This document shows, piece by piece, positions 12,488 to 26,200 of a DNA stretch of 64,000 nt (its first letter is position 1; each line of letters begins with the position of its first letter). The translations under genes were made by a program, and so were the position numbers. A model generated the notes under the pieces. It saw only the letters and a list, made by a program, of their open reading frames with translations. It made no database searches and had not been told where the DNA came from. Source of the DNA: Octopus sinensis (Eukaryota). The stretch covers positions 32,054,001 through 32,118,000 of the forward strand of contig NC_043002.1 in the NCBI RefSeq assembly GCF_006345805.1, given 5' to 3'.

Positions 12488-14479
12488 AAATAGAAGATTC
12501 GTACATGGTCGATCGAAATGTATCTGGAAACGCCATCAGCTCGATGTAACCTTAGATCGGAGATGTTGCAGAATCACCAACAGATTTATTCGAATAACTC
12601 CACACTGAATTTCACCATGAAAATTATTGTGAATATTATAATTATAATAAATCAACGTCACCATCACCATCACCATTATCGATCTCCTTTATTCATTCTG
12701 TGCATTATAACCAGAAGCCCATGCCCCAAGATTACAAAAGCACCATTACCTCTCTCATTATCATCATCATCATCATCTGGTCCACCAGTAGCAATAGCAA
12801 CATCAACAGCATTATGATAACTATCAATACAACGATAACAACAACAACATCAGCAACGCTACCGACTTCTTCCTATCTAAGCTCATTAGATTCACTATCA
12901 CACAAATCATTTTCCTCATCATATCAGATACATAATCATCAAGATATCATCATGACCATCATAATCATCATCATCATCGTCGTCGTCGTCATCATCAACA
13001 GTGAGATCATCGTCGACGTCGTTATCATCATCATCATCGTCATCATCATCATCATCATTATTACCACCACCATTATCATTATCATCATTATTTTAGATTT
13101 TATTCACATTAGTTGAACAACATAAACAAAAAAAAAAGAAAGAAAAGATGAATCGAATGCTGTCATAGACTCCTAATTGATATTGGAGGTGACAATGTGT
13201 TGAAATGTTATAAATTAATAAATGAATGGGGGAAATGAAAAAAAAATGTATAAAATTACGTAGATATAAAACAAAGAAAAAATAACTGGAAAATACTAAA
13301 AAAAAAGACATGAAAAAACATAAATACAATAATAAGAAAAACTACTAAAAACATGTCTGCCCTGAAGGCAACATATTAAAGATATGAAAATAACTACACG
13401 AACAAGTAATGGCTTGAAGGCGATTTCAAAAATCCATATTAAAGTTTATAAATGAAAATTTAATATGGAAAGATGATACAAAGATAGAAAAGTAAAGATA
13501 GAAGTTTTTAAAAAACTGTACAACAGAAGATATATAAAGAAATAATGAGTTAAAGAAAGGGAAAATGATTGAAATAAGTGAAAAAAAGAAAAAGGTTATA
13601 AAGATTTTTGAAGTAGAAAGGCCACGCTACCATCTGCTTATTAACGATGACGCTTCTTCATTAAAACTGCTTAACATTACCAATTTTCTGTGTAATAACA
13701 TTGTTTTAAGTGTAATACAGGCGGCATTTTTCTTTCTATGTAACACACACACACACACATACAATACATACACACAGACACACATACAATACATACGCGC
13801 ACACACTCCTCCCACACACTTATAAATGTATATACACGAAACATGAAAATGGGGGAAGGTATGCTTCTTTTTCTGCCTTTCAGCACTGATCACCTTTGAC
13901 GTGAACAATATTTCAGAAGCCATATATTTTAAAATACATATATACATATTAAATTACTATGTGCACGTACCCTCTCTCTCCTTCCCTTACTCTCACATTC
14001 ACAGACACACATACACACATGCATATATATATATGTATGTGTATATATATATACATATATATGTGTGTGTGTGTGTGTGTGTATGCATGCATGTATGTAT
14101 GAATGTGTGCTTGCGTGTGTAACAAGTATAATGATCATAACTGCATTAAGAATTATGTTTATAATAACCATCTCTCTTAGAATAAGACATGATCCATTGA
14201 CTCGGTAACAAGATTAGCACTATACTTAAACATAATAACAGTGAGAATATTATGAATGGTGTTAATTGTGATAATAAGAATGTCATAATATATTTAGTGG
14301 TAATGGGTAATATTAGTAATAACTATAATATTGATAATAGTGATAATTACAGCAGTGCGTGCTGATATTGTAAATTAGAGTTGTCGTACTTATAGTAATA
14401 ATTAAGCGGTGATAATAATTGATTACGTTATTGTCTGTAAAATAATGTTAATAATTGTGATGGTGATAATAAGGGAAGA

Positions 14480-14800
14480 CCTGCAAATGTAGGATACCAA
14501 CTAATTGCCCCTTGAGGAACCATCGTCTACGCTATAATGCTGTGTATAAGTGTATAGATACTGCTACATTTTATGTCTCCACCGGAATACGCACAGAATT
14601 AAGGACTTTTACCCATCTATCTTGTACGCACTATCGCTATTTCGGAAACTAATCGAAAAATTTAGTTTGTTGCATACTTACATCCACTATCTCGAACCCT
14701 AAAATATACCACATTATTTCTAAACGATCATCAGGCCTGGAATACGGTATCGGGAAGGTATTCTGACGTGTAATTTATGCTGCCGAAAATCCTTAGAAGT
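14480..14800 (-). mobile_element. Possible very old LINE RT remnant
   Basis: Minus-strand VPQGAI motif (~14500-14525) only; surrounding frames are broken. Confidence 0.3.
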
Positions 14801-17236
14801 ATTACCTGAGAATGAAGATCTTAAAATATTCTCTGAAGTGATTACCTTTTGTCACCATACATTTTCCTATTACTATAATTTGTAATGCTCATTTGACCCA
14901 GTAAATTTTACTGTTTATATTTTCACCTCTTGTCCTTCCTTCAACTTTTTCTCTAAGACTTGTTTTCTCTCTTATATTCATATATACATAGCTTCGTTAC
15001 TTTTATGTACTCATGCTTCCGAATTGCATCTTGAAATATGTTACGCTTAAGATTTGTTTTCAAAACCAGCTACTCGTTTATCTCACACACCTATATTTTC
15101 ATATTCCTTTTCCCTATTGTTATTATAATCTCTGCTTGATAATTCGCCGATATAATTCTTATCCTATCAATCATTCATTATACAGGACGCTTATGCGTCA
15201 CCCAATTGCAACATCCTACGCTACTTATCTCTATATACTACACTGGCAGTGTGTGTCTGTATTTAATAACCCTGATTTCTGTATAATTATTGCATTTCCT
15301 TTGATCAACATGTCCCACATCACCTTTCACACTACTTAGTTTTATAAGTCTTGTTTTCTGATGGAGAACTCACGCCTGTATACTTCAGTCTGCTTTAAGC
15401 TACACTTCCCTTCGTTTTCTCTCATCGTCACGTTTTCATGGCCATCCTTTCCCTACGGCAACCTTTCCAGGACTTCTATCTATTTTCTTAATTTATCAAT
15501 ATCAGTATATTTATCTGAACACTTTCTTTTAACACTCTCGATATTCGTCTTTTGATGAAAATTTTGAGAATCTACCAAACTTGGATGTTCAACCATAAAA
15601 AATGATGCAAGCCGATACTGTTTCGTTTTTATGTTTATGCGTAATATTGCCTCGGAATTGCACTATCTAGATAATATACATTGTATATTCACGGATCATT
15701 GAAACAGCTGTTAAAGCAAGACCTACTTGCAGCATTTAAATTGTATGTCATTTTTTGTATAAATGCTTTCCTTAGACCTTTTACTGTTCTATATGCCCTC
15801 ATTTTGATCACTCTTCTAGTCAATTCTTCTGTTTCTGGTCTACCTCTATCTCATAAAGTAGTTGGACTTTTAGAATGTCATCTCTCTGAGCTCTACTAGG
15901 TGAGTAACTATCAACACGCTTATACTAGCATTTTTTCGACCGTTAAGTCGCATAAGTGTAAATGCATCTATGAATATATATCCAAGCCAGTGAATGAACA
16001 AACGAACGGAAATAATACACAAAACATATATGAACATGTATTTATTGAATAATATGATGACTTAGTTCCTCATGCTACTTAAAATTTCTTCAAACTGAAA
16101 GTTCATTCTTCTTTTCAGACGTATGGAAGAAAATTTCTGCAAAGATACACGTGATTTTACATTCACTAAACAATAAGTTACATGAGGAAAGAAATCATCG
16201 TATTATCAGGTCGAGTTAAAAGTTTTCCGGATTTTCGCTGATGATTTTGTCAAATTCTTTCTCCATGTTTTATCATTAATATGATACTACTTGTCCAATC
16301 GTTACTGAATTATTTATTCTTTATTTTCAGAAAATAACATTAAAGCATTAATTTTTACTTTATTTTACAGCTTTGATATTGAGTAGTGAGAAAATTGCAA
16401 TTACAGCCATTTTACGTTATGTGTTGAAAAATAAACTGAGTGCATATGCAGTAGAAAAATATATTCAAGTCAAGTTGCTCTCGAGATTTCGCCAGATGGT
16501 TACACCTTCTATATTTGCTAGCTGGTAGGGAAACGGAATCATACTTTCGGTTTCTGTTATCAAATATTTCTGGGTTCAGTTTTACTATAATCGACAATGA
16601 TTTTCATCAATGCGAGGTCGATAATGTACCGGTTAAACAGTGCTGTCAAGGTCATCAGCTAACCCCTACCGTCAAAATTACTGGCCTTGTGCATAAATCA
16701 GAAGACAATACTATTGTGCTCCATAGCCTTCATTTTGGGGATTTTCGCTTTTGTTGTTGTTGTGATTATGATGTTTTAGCTCTAGATCAAACCCAAACGA
16801 GGTGATCTATAAGCAAAATAATCCATCTTTAACATTCACGTCAGTCTGCATATCCAGCAACTATACTATTCAATTTCCCTATCATATTTAGATCGTACGG
16901 TCTGATTTGAGGTACATTTGCTGCTATTTTTAGTAAATAGAATGATCACGTAGGGTCTATAAAATTGCATCATTGTTGTTGATGGTGTTAATATTAATGG
17001 TATATTTGACTTATCTATTTGTCTTCTTCATCATCTGACTGAAGACATTCATCAACATCCTTGTCTCATCCTTAATTCAGTCTTAAATCACATCAATATA
17101 CAGCATCATATTACACAGATAATTATACCGAGATTTGTCACGTGACATCTACGTGGCAAAAGAGTTGATGTAATATATGCATATATTCATACGTGTGTGT
17201 TTTTGTGTATAAATACATACAAGTATACATACAAGT

Positions 17237-17276
<40 letters not shown>

Positions 17277-18502
17277 GAATATATACATGTATGTATTTAT
17301 GCACAAACACACACACATATATATGTACATACGCATATACGCATACAGACAGCCTTACGTAATCAATTTGCTTGGGCGTAATCTTAAAAGTTGGCATTTA
17401 CACTCTGACCCTTGTACTCTCCTTTCCGTCACCCATTCACCTCTACTCCCCATTACTCCTCATTACTTCTCATTATATGTCATTAGCTACTTCCCTTTGT
17501 AAAATTCAATTCTTGACGTGGTTTGCTATCATATTCATATGCAGATGTACAAAAGGCAGTGATTATCGATATCGTTTAATTCGGATTGGTTTCACGGGTG
17601 AATAAGTGCCAGATAAATATTCGGATCGATTTGCTTGACACCATGAGCAACCAGACCAAAACAAGTAAAGAAATCATACTTAATTGTAATAGTATTATTA
17701 TTAGAATTTCATCATTATTACTTTTACTTCATGCTTTCAATGCTCCTACGGCTTGCAAATATATTTACCTTGAGAACATTTACAATTTTGCTTTGTACTA
17801 CCTGTTACATTTTAAGCATACCATGAAGTGTTTAGTAGTTTGCTATTCTGTATGTTGTATAAATGTGGAAGTTCAGGCGTTTGGATTATATATTTGTTAC
17901 GTCTGCTTTTGATTATATATTTGTTACATCTACTTTTCAGTTTGGGCATTCGAAATCGATATTATACGAAGCCGAAGTCACTTCAACAAAACAGCTGAAG
18001 AGAAGTCACTTCATTTGTATAATTCATATGAAATGAATTCATATGTGCGGTGGAAAGCAAATGCAAACATATATATTATAGCCAGAGAAAGTCTCCCAAA
18101 CACACCAACAAAAGGAATTTCAGTATACTAAAAAGCCAGATCAAGATTACTAAGGAAACTAAACAATAATAGAGCGTACTTGATGAATACGGAAGACCAA
18201 GCAGGAATAAAAAAAATTCTAGATTCCTGTCGTATTTTCTATAAACTCAGGAGACACATTCAGTTTAACCTTAGACAAGGGGGTAAGTGTCACTATTCAA
18301 TCCGAAATCAACGATGGTCTGACTCTCGGTGTGGGGAGATTGTATCTCTTGTTAGTCAATACAGAAGAGCGTTGCCCGCAGCTAACATTGTTTTGAGTCA
18401 TATTCCTAGCAATGCTGGTTCTGACTTGCACCCTCAGACACTTTACTGAGGATTGTACTTCTGCTTTTTGTTTTAAAATTGTGACTAGCCATCTTAATAA
18501 TT

Positions 18503-18644
<142 letters not shown>

Positions 18645-18657
18645 GGTGTGCGTGTGT

Positions 18658-18903
18658 GTGAAATAAAATTTACATAGTTAACCGGTTTCGCTTGTTCCGA
18701 TCATGAATAAATGTTTAGTGATAATATTAGAATCTCATGTTATCATATATGGCTGTCATTCCTTGTTAAAAGGAGGAAGGATATCTTTCCTCTTAGTGAC
18801 ACGGAATAAAAACTTTTTATGTTAGCATGATATTGTAACATTATCCCTTAATCTTAGTCTTGTTTTCCACAGGCGAAACCGGTTGGCTGTGTAAATATTT
18901 CAT
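18658..18903. repeat. Fold-back (palindromic) element A
   Basis: tttacatagttaaccggtttcgcttgt pairs with acaggcgaaaccggttggctgtgtaaa; complementarity continues inward to the centre ggaagg-atat-ctttcc. Confidence 0.85.
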
Positions 18904-20018
18904 TACGTAAAAATATATTTATAACTTTTGTCCAATAAAATATTTGTGCATTATTCTTTTTTATGGTTCAGTACAATTCACGACGTAGAATGTTTTTTTT
19001 AGTCAACACACATATACACACACACACATGAACAGACAGACAGACAGACACACACACACACACGCATACAGACATATGTATATATCTATATATATTTATA
19101 TTTATATAAATATAGTCACACAACAGTTACACGAACACACAGCGTTTGTGTTTGCACACACGTGTATATGCATATATATGCATATCTAGACACAGACACA
19201 CACTTGCACGCATTCGCACACACACACACACACATATGCATGTGTGAGTGAATGCGTGTTGTGTATTCGTACGTGTTTGAGCGACTGTGAGCATGCGTTT
19301 AGTGGTGTGTGCGAGGGAAGCGGTAAATATAATTAATGGCTATAGTTAGGGCACGGCCATTTTTCCAAGAGTGTAATTACAGCGATAGAGCTGCAACGAT
19401 GTGGAGCTATATTTTAAACATTGTTCCTTAAATGAATCCATGAAGTAAAGGTAGCGGGGGAGTGCGTTAATGAGGAATGAGCAAACCAACTGCAGTATTA
19501 GATATCAGTGTTCTATTAATGCTTGGAAACAGATACGTTGGTTTAATCACGAATCACGATTCGTCAGCTTCATCTATTCAAGATGTACGAAGCCATAAAA
19601 CCATCGTTAAAATGCATTTATTTCATCATAAATCCTTTAGTAGGGACTACTAACAAACGCTGGCCTCCGTCTCCACTAGACATCTTCTACCACGGACATA
19701 TTTATCACATACTCTCTCATTTAGATGCATTTATTTACATATATAAACAGATCAAGCAAGCGCCGCACATACATGTATCTATGTGTATGTGCGTCTGTGT
19801 GTGTGTTTGTGTGTTTGTGTGTATGTGCATATATGTGCGCTCGTGTATGCATATATATGATATATTCTTACGTTTGTTTGTATGTATGTATGTGTATATA
19901 TATATATATGTGTTTATGTATACATATGTATAATGTACATATATATAAAATATATGTGTATGTGTGTGTATACATACATATTTGCATACGATCAAAATGT
20001 CACATTCACATATGTATG

Positions 20019-20058
<40 letters not shown>

Positions 20059-20128
20059 CACATATGTGTGTGTATTCATATATATATATATAATATATAT
20101 ATATATGAATACACATATATATATATAC

Positions 20129-20201
<73 letters not shown>

Positions 20202-20983
20202 CTAATATTACTAATGGTATATTAAAACTCACATACATACATTAACACCCCTGCATACATGCAAACATACTTGCTTTCATACATTCACATTTCTGAGCAG
20301 CTAGAAACATACACTCACATGTATAAAGTGATGCAGAGAAACACACGGGTTTTGAATTAATCCACTGTTTAATTCTCTGTCCTCTTTACCAAAATCCGAA
20401 GAGTACTGTCCAGCTCTGATCTCTCCATAAACCAACTACGAACATGCAAACCACAAATCACATCTCTGCCATCAATTGGAGATCCTCGTTTTCGATTATT
20501 GACTAATGTCTTCCGTTCAGGCTATTCACTATATTCCACCATATAGCTGAAAAGTATCATATGCTTCTGCTATCGTGAAAATTTTACAGAAATGCTTTCT
20601 ATATATCTTTTCTCAATTCCGCTATGCTCATCTATCGTCTCTAATACACTTTGAACTGTTTCTAATCAACGTTAGTTTTCATTCAACCAGATTTTACTAT
20701 GTATGCATGTCACCATGGTTCTCAATAAAGTCACGTTCATCGGCTTCTTCAATGTACCCATCTTTTCATTTCTCTCTACTCTTCCAGCTAAATGATGATG
20801 GAAAAGCTAAATAATTTTCTATCCTGACCTAACTACTCCATTCAATAAGTTTGCTTCACTGTATCCGTGAATGTCTCATTGATTTTCACGACATAGTTGT
20901 TATCGCCCTCCCATCAAATCCATTCTTTAACATCAATTAATTTTTCCCTGAAGTCGTTTGACCGTCTTTATACATTACTACGA

Positions 20984-21431
20984 ATTTTGGTCCATGAGCA
21001 TTATGGAACTTCAGGTCTACTTATTAATCGATTACTCGGTAATCATCCTTAGCGGAAACTGCATTTCACTTTCTATCATCTAACACAGGTATCTGACCAT
21101 TACGATCTTCGTATGCATGTGCCTCTCATTTCTCCAACCCCCCTACTCAGCAAAAGCCCTTAAACATGGAACTCCAGATATCTTCCTTTGCAGTTGTGCT
21201 ACAGTTGAATAGGTGAGAAGGACTGCTTTAACCGCCTGGAAGAATTCCCTAAGCATTTCCAAGTGCAAAGAACTTCACCGCAAAACCGCAAAAATTTCAA
21301 AACGAGAAAGAAGGCAATTGTTCCTTCCTTCTAGTATTGTACAAATTGCAAGCTGCCTTTTTCCTCAAAAGTCTATTGATTCGAAAATGCCGAATCAAAT
21401 AATTAACGTAAATATTTTGGAAATTTAGAAT
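20984..21431 (+). repeat. Copy 1 of 448-bp direct duplication
   Basis: Nearly identical to 23019-23466; I counted about 5 substitutions; ORFs 21213 and 23248 are near-identical. Confidence 0.95.
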
Positions 21432-21759
21432 AAATTATAATATTGAGATAGAATATACTAGAATAAATAATCTATGTTACGTATGCTATATAGAGCTATA
21501 AATGTTCATGACTTTCCAACAAATTAAAATGTTATCTTCTTCAATTGTGGGTTTATTGATGACTACATATTTCAATATGAATCTCCATTTGTGAATGGAA
21601 CTTGTATTAATTCTATGTGGATTTTTCTTATATATTTTCAATGCCTCTCTAAATCAATGTTTGGCAATGATATTTTCTATTCTTGAAACGTTGATGTTAT
21701 TCCTCTATGAAATAATATTAAACTGCTCGTCGTTGAAATTATGATATTGGCTCTCCAGC

Positions 21760-22960
21760 TACACAACAACCACGATATAGCTGGCAGTGGAGAATCCTAA
21801 GAGAAAGCAGCACGTCAGACATGTGCACTACATGTCCGAGCCATCTCTGGTGATATTCTACATAATGTGGGTTTAATGTTACCGGTAATGATTCGATGGG
21901 GGATTTTTGATCGTCTAATCCTCTATCATCAGGATCTTTTGTATGTAACAGAAATCATAGACCTGGCGGGCCACCTATGTGTTAAAACGTATGTGGCGTG
22001 TATCTTGTATACACACAGAATGGAAACAGCTACCTGATAAGACGGGAGCCAAGGTGTGGAAGCGGGGAGAGCGAGCGTTCATAAATCTCTCCCTTTTATC
22101 CTTCGAAATATTTGTCTGCGGTGGTCCATGGTCTTGTTTAGAATGTAGCTACTTGAAATTATGATGCCTAAACCAGTGAAATGAGAAGGCGGGTTTAGTT
22201 TTTGCTGCACCGTGAAGATATCCTTTTCTACTCTAGGCACAAGGCCCGAAGTTTTATTGGGAGGAGGCCAGTCCATTAGATCGACGTCAGTACGCAACTG
22301 GTATTTAATTTATCGAGCCCGAAAGGAAGAAAGGCAAAGGCGACCTCGGCGGAATTTGAACTCAGAACATAAAGACAGACGAAATACCTATTTCTTTACT
22401 GCCCAGAAGGGGCTAAACACAGAGGGGACAAACAAGGACAGACAAATGGATTAAGTAGATTATATCGAACCCAGTGCGTAACTGGTACTTATTTAATGGA
22501 CGCCGAAATGATGAAAGGCAAAGTCGACCTGGGAGGAACTTGAACTCAGAACGTAGCAGCAGACGAAATACCGCTAAGCATTTCGCCCGACGTGCTAACG
22601 TTTCTGCCAGCTCGCCGCCTTGTGCCGTGAAAATATTGATGAGAGAATGTGGCAGATGACTTCAATTCTTTGGCGTGTTAGGTCCATTTATCAAAAAATT
22701 GTAACAGCTACTTAGATGGCTGCTTATAGGGCTACAGAATTGTGAATTAAGGCTTTTCAATGATCTCTTCATATCCGGATTTAGTGCTGACCGTCAGATT
22801 ATCCATGTTAAAAAGGTTTCCGCCGATTCGAAATCTTATAGTAACTCTCAGCTCCTGTTTCCACATTTTGTGTAGCAATGTAGCCATAGCCACACACACA
22901 TTCAAAAATATATATCTATCAAATATCACAGGAGTGAGAAGACCACCCTGTCTTGTACAT
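21760..22960 (-). mobile_element. Decayed RTE-clade LINE RT fragment interrupted by a SINE
   Basis: RQGGLLTPVIF..IRFRIGGNLFNMDNL..TK resembles the RTE motif QGCVLAP..YRTDG.LFNL.RL..TK; downstream HFTGLGIIISS resembles F.YLGS.IS. Confidence 0.55.
22222..22620 (-). mobile_element. tRNA-derived SINE family B (Nin/Deu-like core), dimeric form
   Basis: Reverse complement ggcggcgagctggcagaaacgttagc..ctgagttcaa..gactttgcctttcatc; core present twice; flanked by ccgtgaagatat / ccgtgaaaatat TSD. Confidence 0.85.
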
Positions 22961-23018
22961 TTCCTTAATGCAATATTTAGGTGCATGTGTGTGAGTGTAT
23001 ACCTCTGTGAGTGTATAT

Positions 23019-23466
23019 ATTTTGGTCCATGAGCATCATGGAACTTCAGGTCTACTTATTAATCGATTACTCGGTAATCATCCTTAGCGGAAACTGCATT
23101 TCACTTTCTATCATCTAACACAGGTGTCTGACCATTACGATCTTCGTATGCATGTGCCTCTCATTTCTCCAACCCCCCTACTCAGCAAAAGCCCTTAAAC
23201 ATGGAACTCCAGATATCTTCCTTTGCAGTTGTGCTACAGTTGAATAGGTGAGAAGGACTGCTTTAACCGCCTGGAAGAATTCCCTAAGCATTACCAAGTG
23301 CAAAGAACCTCACCGCAAAACCGCAAAAATTTCAAAACGAGAAAGAAGGCAATTGTTCCTTCCTTCTAGTATTGTCCAAATTGCAAGCTGCCTTTTTCCT
23401 CAAAAGTCTATTGATTCGAAAATGCCGAATCAAATAATTAACGTAAATATTTTGGAAATTTAGAAT
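23019..23466 (+). repeat. Copy 2 of 448-bp direct duplication
   Basis: See 20984-21431. Confidence 0.95.
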
Positions 23467-23772
23467 GTGTTCACATTATGTACGTATGCACAGGGTGGTG
23501 GACTAGGAGAATCATTAGATCGTTGGACAAAATATCTTGCAGTGATTGTTTCGCATTTTTACATATTGAATTCGTATCCCACCAAGGTCAGTAATGCCTT
23601 TCATTTTTATAGGGTCGATAAGATAAAGTACCTATCAAATGTTAGGTTCAGTATAAGCGACTCATTCCTTTTCCCGGAATTGATGGCATTGTGTTTAATC
23701 TAGAAACCATTATCTACGTCCTTCCGCCCGTTCCTATGTATGTATGTATGTATGTATGTATGTATGTATGTA

Positions 23773-23827
<55 letters not shown>

Positions 23828-23967
23828 CCGTGCATGCTTGTACGCGTGCGCACATAGCAAAATAGTTGCATTTGGTGTGTATATCAGTGATATTGTATTT
23901 CTGACATTTTGAGGTAAATAAAGAATTCATAATTATTATTGTTGTTGGTCTTATTTTCCCTCTGCAG

Positions 23968-24029
23968 ATAACTGGTGTTTTCTTCTATTCATCAAGAATT
24001 CGTCAACAGTGTAATTCACCGTAACGACG
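23968..24029 (+). other. Candidate 62-nt spliced exon (probably UTR or lncRNA)
   Basis: Polypyrimidine acceptor ttattttccctctgcag| and donor ACG|gtacgt in non-repetitive sequence; all three frames contain a stop. Confidence 0.4.
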
Positions 24030-24378
24030 GTACGTTTCTTCATATCTCTACTGCAATCACGCCAACCATAAAGTGTATAGCAACAAGTTCTAAAAAACAA
24101 TGTCTAAATTAGCCCTGCAGTTCACACTTAACATTTCCATCATTTCCTCTATGATAAATTTCTATCTTTCTCAAAGATGTTTTCCAGTCTTCCTTTCTTG
24201 TCCTACCCATTTTACACGTCAAATACAGCTACAGCCATATCACATGACGATTATTTAATATAGTAATAATTTTTTCTCTTTCTGTTTACTCCTCTAAAAA
24301 ACAATCAATAATGTTTTTGATGCTTGTGTTGTTGTCGTAGCTGATGCTGCTGTTGCTACAGCTATCGAGGATTTTGAC

Positions 24379-24409
<31 letters not shown>

Positions 24410-24532
24410 TCGCTACGATAGTTCATTGACATTCTCTCTTTGTCTCATGCAAATTAAGTTATTTTTATAGTCAACCTGCTTTACACCGTAAGCAATACTA
24501 TCTTCACCGTGTTTATTTCTACTCTCCCTAAA

Positions 24533-24850
24533 CATGTATGTATGTATGTATGTATGTATATATGTAGGTATGTATGCATGCATGTATGTATGTATGTATG
24601 TATGTATGTGTGTATGTATATATGTGTGTATGTATGTATGTATGTATGTATGCATGCATGTATGTATGTATGTATGTGTGTATGTATGTATGTATGCATG
24701 TGTGTATGTATGTATGTGTGTATGTATGTATGTATGTATGTGTGTATGTATATGTATTTATGTATGTACGTATGTATGTATGCATATATCTATGTATGCA
24801 TACGAGTGTATGTATGTAAGTATTTATGTGTGAACATGTGTGTGTGTGTT
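24533..24850. repeat. (TATG)n microsatellite
   Basis: Simple repeat, visible directly. Confidence 0.95.
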
Positions 24851-24952
24851 GCTTTTCGTTTATTAAAGTCATCAGACTGCGGTCATGGTGCAGTCCCACG
24901 TTGAAAAATTTGAGTCGAATGAATCGACCCCAGTACTTATGATTTATACTTC

Positions 24953-25130
24953 GTGGCTGGGTGGTAAGAAGCTTGCTTCACAACTTCGTGGCTCTGGGTT
25001 CAGTCCCACTGCATGGCACCTTGGGCAAGTGTCTTCTACTATAGCCACGGGCCGACCAATTCCTTGTGAGTGGATTTGTTAGACGGAAACTGAAAGAAGT
25101 TCACCGTATATTTATGTGTCCATGTGTGTG
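24953..25130 (+). mobile_element. 5' half of SINE family A
   Basis: gtggctgggtggtaagaagcttgc..gggttcagtcccactgc..acggaaactgaaagaag. Confidence 0.85.
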
Positions 25131-25139
25131 TGTGTTTTG

Positions 25140-26200
25140 TTGCTCTATATGTTATTCCAGAACTCTTTCATTTCCTCAGTCTTAGGTGGTTCCTTTACTT
25201 CTATCTTACTTTTGCCAATTTCCTTATAAAATGTCTTTCCAGCCGTCTTGAATACCTTGTTTTGTCGATAAAATTTGATTCTTTTAACATACCTTCAAAG
25301 CAGTTGGGCTTTCGGCTTTATTCGCTGTTTCACTAGTTCCTTGGATGCAGGGAGGTTTATAAAATCTTTGATATAATATTTTTCCTTGATTTTTCTAGTT
25401 TGTTTCATCATGACATTTACTCCTCTAGTCTGTTCATCGAGAACTAATACATCCGCCCGCAAAAATTCGATCTCTTTTTGTATTGGTTCTTTCCAATTAG
25501 GAGGCCTATTGACATGGTTTGTCCTTTCCGTGTCGTCATGAAACCTAGTTGAGCAGTTACCACTTTAACATTGGAATAGATGAGGTTGCTTAAAGTTGTT
25601 AGGTAATTTCCCTTATTTCTTAAGACCTGTCTAAGAGCAACAATACATGTCAAGATTATCTTGATTTTTTATGCTGTTTGAGAACTTTGGTAGCGTTTCT
25701 CTATTGATCATGTCAGTAAAGTCAGTCTTGCTGAGTTCTCTCATATTTTCTTTTGCTTCTATGATCTCTTTATTATTCTCCTCAAATTCTGTGTTATATC
25801 TATTCTGGTGTTCTTGAGGTAGGTCTACTTTTTCCTCTTTTTCTGCATATCTGTTCCTCGCTATTCTTTCTACAGCTTTCATGTTGGAATGTAACGTTTG
25901 TACACTGGGTCCTCTGTACATGTTGCATATTTCATCCGCATTGTTGCTGTTTTCATTTGGTCTACCATTAGATATTTGTGTCCTAATTTGGCTAATTTCA
26001 ATGTCAGTTAAACTGTTATCTGTGTACTTCGTTGCCTGCTAAATTTCTCCATGAAATGTATGTTTATACAATTTATACAAGGAGGTTATTGTTTGGGTTT
26101 AGCTGGGCTGTATAGAAAGCGTTCAATACAACTCTACATTTCTCTCTAGTCTATTTTATGCGTTTTGGGTGAGTTGATATTTTTGGTGGCGTCACTACAG
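25140..26200 (-). mobile_element. Decayed N-terminal region of an R4/Dong-like non-LTR ORF
   Basis: Minus strand reads TREKCRVVLNAFYTAQ and LTDIEISQIR, followed by a charged region (ORF 25631-25921); resembles R4-clade N-termini. Confidence 0.5.

Noticed and set aside
20984-23466. 448-bp direct repeats as an LTR pair or TRIM
   Set aside because: No TG..CA termini, PBS, PPT or TSD; the interior is unrelated old RTE and SINE sequence
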